Of a DNA stretch of 7,289 nt, positions 6,401 to 7,289 are shown piece by piece. How positions within the stretch are numbered: position 1 is the first letter of the stretch; each line of letters begins with the position of its first letter. This stretch comes from Leidyana gryllorum EB-2025a (lineage: Eukaryota > Protista > Apicomplexa), in assembly GCA_048772705.1 (NCBI GenBank), contig JBLWGC010000179.1, positions 1 to 7,289 on the forward strand, written 5' to 3'. Below the pieces are notes generated by a model that was not told the DNA's origin, searched no databases, and saw only the letters and a program-made list of their open reading frames with translations. The translations under genes were made by a program, and so were the position numbers.

Positions 6401-6472
6401 GGGCCTATGGCGCAACGGTAGCGCGTCTGACTCCAGATCAGAAGGTTGGGTGTTCGAATCACTCTGGGCTCA
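6401..6472 (+). tRNA. tRNA-Trp: tRNA-Trp(CCA), apparently intact
   Basis: Acceptor GGGCCTA/TGGGCTC, anticodon arm TCTGA CT-CCA-GA TCAGA, T arm GGGTG TTCGAAT CACTC. Confidence 0.95.
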
Positions 6473-6506
6473 ATCAGACTATATGTTCTTCTCGTATGGG
6501 GCGCAA

Positions 6507-6533
6507 CCAAGAATGGGATTCGGACCCACGCCC
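6507..6533 (-). pseudogene. 3' fragment of tRNA-Leu (T arm plus acceptor strand)
   Basis: CAAGAATGGGATTCGGACCCACGCCC versus CAAGAGTGGGATTCGAACCCACGCCC at 1488-1513. Confidence 0.7.
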
Positions 6534-6638
6534 AGTCACATACGTCCCTGCGAGTGCTACAGCTGTCCGCCCGTGTCTAATTGGCACTGGAGTTCAACGG
6601 CGTAGAATTCTAGTGAATAAGCCATGTGCTATGTCCTC

Positions 6639-6709
6639 TGCATCTGCCGCGAATCGGACCTGGGTCGTCTCGGCGGGAACGACACAGTCTACCCCTAGAC
6701 CACAGATGC
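6639..6709 (-). pseudogene. tRNA-Gly: tRNA-Gly copy with CCC anticodon, degenerate
   Basis: Same body and flank (CCATGTGC..TCCTCT) as 570-640. Loop TT-CCC-GC, T loop TCCGATT. Confidence 0.82.
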
Positions 6710-6848
6710 GTGACACCTCCATTCCTGAATACAAGGCGATGAGTCTGGACTACTCTAGGCCGTCCAACTTACGGCGGTACGTAAAAACCAGGCTCATCGA
6801 ATATGTGTTTCCAAAGACACACGCCCCTTTCGCAGCCAAAAGCTCCGT

Positions 6849-6921
6849 GCAGCCATGGTCTAGTGGTCACGACGTCTGCTTAACACGCAGAAGGTCCCGA
6901 GTTCGATCCCAGGTGGCTGTA
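6849..6921 (+). tRNA. tRNA-Val: tRNA-Val(AAC)
   Basis: Acceptor GCAGCCA/TGGCTGT, anticodon arm TCTGC TT-AAC-AC GCAGA, B box GTTCGATCC. Two T-stem mismatches. Confidence 0.9.
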
Positions 6922-6976
6922 GCTCACAACTTTCAGCGAGAACCAAAGGAGAGAATCTCAAGGGAAACCAACTGTG

Positions 6977-7048
6977 CTCCGAGACCGCGAAGCGAACCCC
7001 GGTCTTCCGCGGGACAGGCAGAAATACTAACCACTAGACTATCTCGGA
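6977..7048 (-). tRNA. tRNA-Asp: tRNA-Asp(GTC), degenerate
   Basis: Acceptor TCCGAGA/TCTCGGA plus G73, anticodon arm TCTGC CT-GTC-CC GCGGA. T loop TTCGCTT and a T-stem mismatch. Confidence 0.87.
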
Positions 7049-7182
7049 CGCCCTGAACACGCCGGCCTCCAACCCCAAGAGTCCTTCCATTTTGTTGTGC
7101 AGACCCCCTCGCATTTTGTTGATTCTCAACATAGTATGACCACTCTCGCGACTGTGCTCACCGCGTTGCACGACCGACAGGC

Positions 7183-7246
7183 GGCTGTTTGGTCTAGTGG
7201 TATGATTCTTCCTTCGGGTGGAAGAAGTCCTGGGTTCGATTGCCCA
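7183..7246 (+). pseudogene. tRNA-Pro: tRNA-Pro(CGG) missing the 3' acceptor strand
   Basis: GGCTGTT TGGTCTAGTGGTATGATT CTTCC TT-CGG-GT GGAAG AAGTC CTGGG TTCGATT. The expected AACAGCC is absent. Confidence 0.85.
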
Positions 7247-7289
7247 ATGACTTGCATGACTCCACCCTGAGGCAAATAGAGTGTCCAGT

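Larger units (their letters stand above)
6077..6590. repeat. Gly(-)/Cys(+)/Trp(+) block, direct repeat of 566-876 plus 1154-1225
   Basis: Genes and spacers align collinearly (e.g. AGCTCGTGCACA, GAGAAGACAGAATCGAGTTGAGC, GAAGATGGTTTGGAACGATCGGAGATGTTGGA). The first copy carries the solo LTR and deletions. Confidence 0.93.

Noticed and set aside
5939-7056. 274-aa ORF (6232-7056) and neighbouring ORFs
   Set aside because: They run through several tRNA genes with no protein motifs; not gag-like; chance openness in GC-rich sequence.
7120-7160. Possible Ser/Leu-like A-box relic on the minus strand (also 6745-6765 and 365-412)
   Set aside because: No cloverleaf or convincing alignment to other units.
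1-7289. Bacterial or phage tRNA array, retron, or CRISPR array
   Set aside because: tRNAs lack encoded CCA and have eukaryotic A34 anticodons and an Ala-type T loop; the RT is Gypsy-type with RNase H, integrase and LTR; no regular repeat-spacer periodicity.
1-7289. RIP-like hypermutation or sequencing noise as the cause of tRNA decay
   Set aside because: Changes include many transversions and indels, while the repeated LTRs and pol are essentially unmutated.

Overview
Eukaryotic nuclear-type DNA made of a very dense, partly decayed tRNA gene cluster invaded by a young Ty3/Gypsy chromovirus. Outside the retroelement (~3.8 kb) there are about 25 tRNA genes, pseudogenes or fragments on both strands, covering 12 amino acids. 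They have no encoded CCA, no introns, and A34 anticodons (AAG/AGT/AAC). They are arranged in duplicated, inverted and deleted blocks that share spacers. The retroelement occurs as (i) a 277-bp solo LTR (877-1153) with a TTTTG target-site duplication overlapping position +1 of a tRNA-Trp copy, whose empty paralogous site is at 6397-6401, and (ii) a 5'-truncated minus-strand element (2497 to ~5740). The second copy has an uninterrupted RT-RNase H-integrase-GPF-chromodomain frame, a PPT and a 3' LTR identical to the solo LTR apart from one A. It lacks gag, protease, PBS and 5' LTR, and abuts a tRNA-Ala. The other short ORFs are by-products of tRNA or antisense-pol sequence. The organism cannot be identified from the sequence alone.
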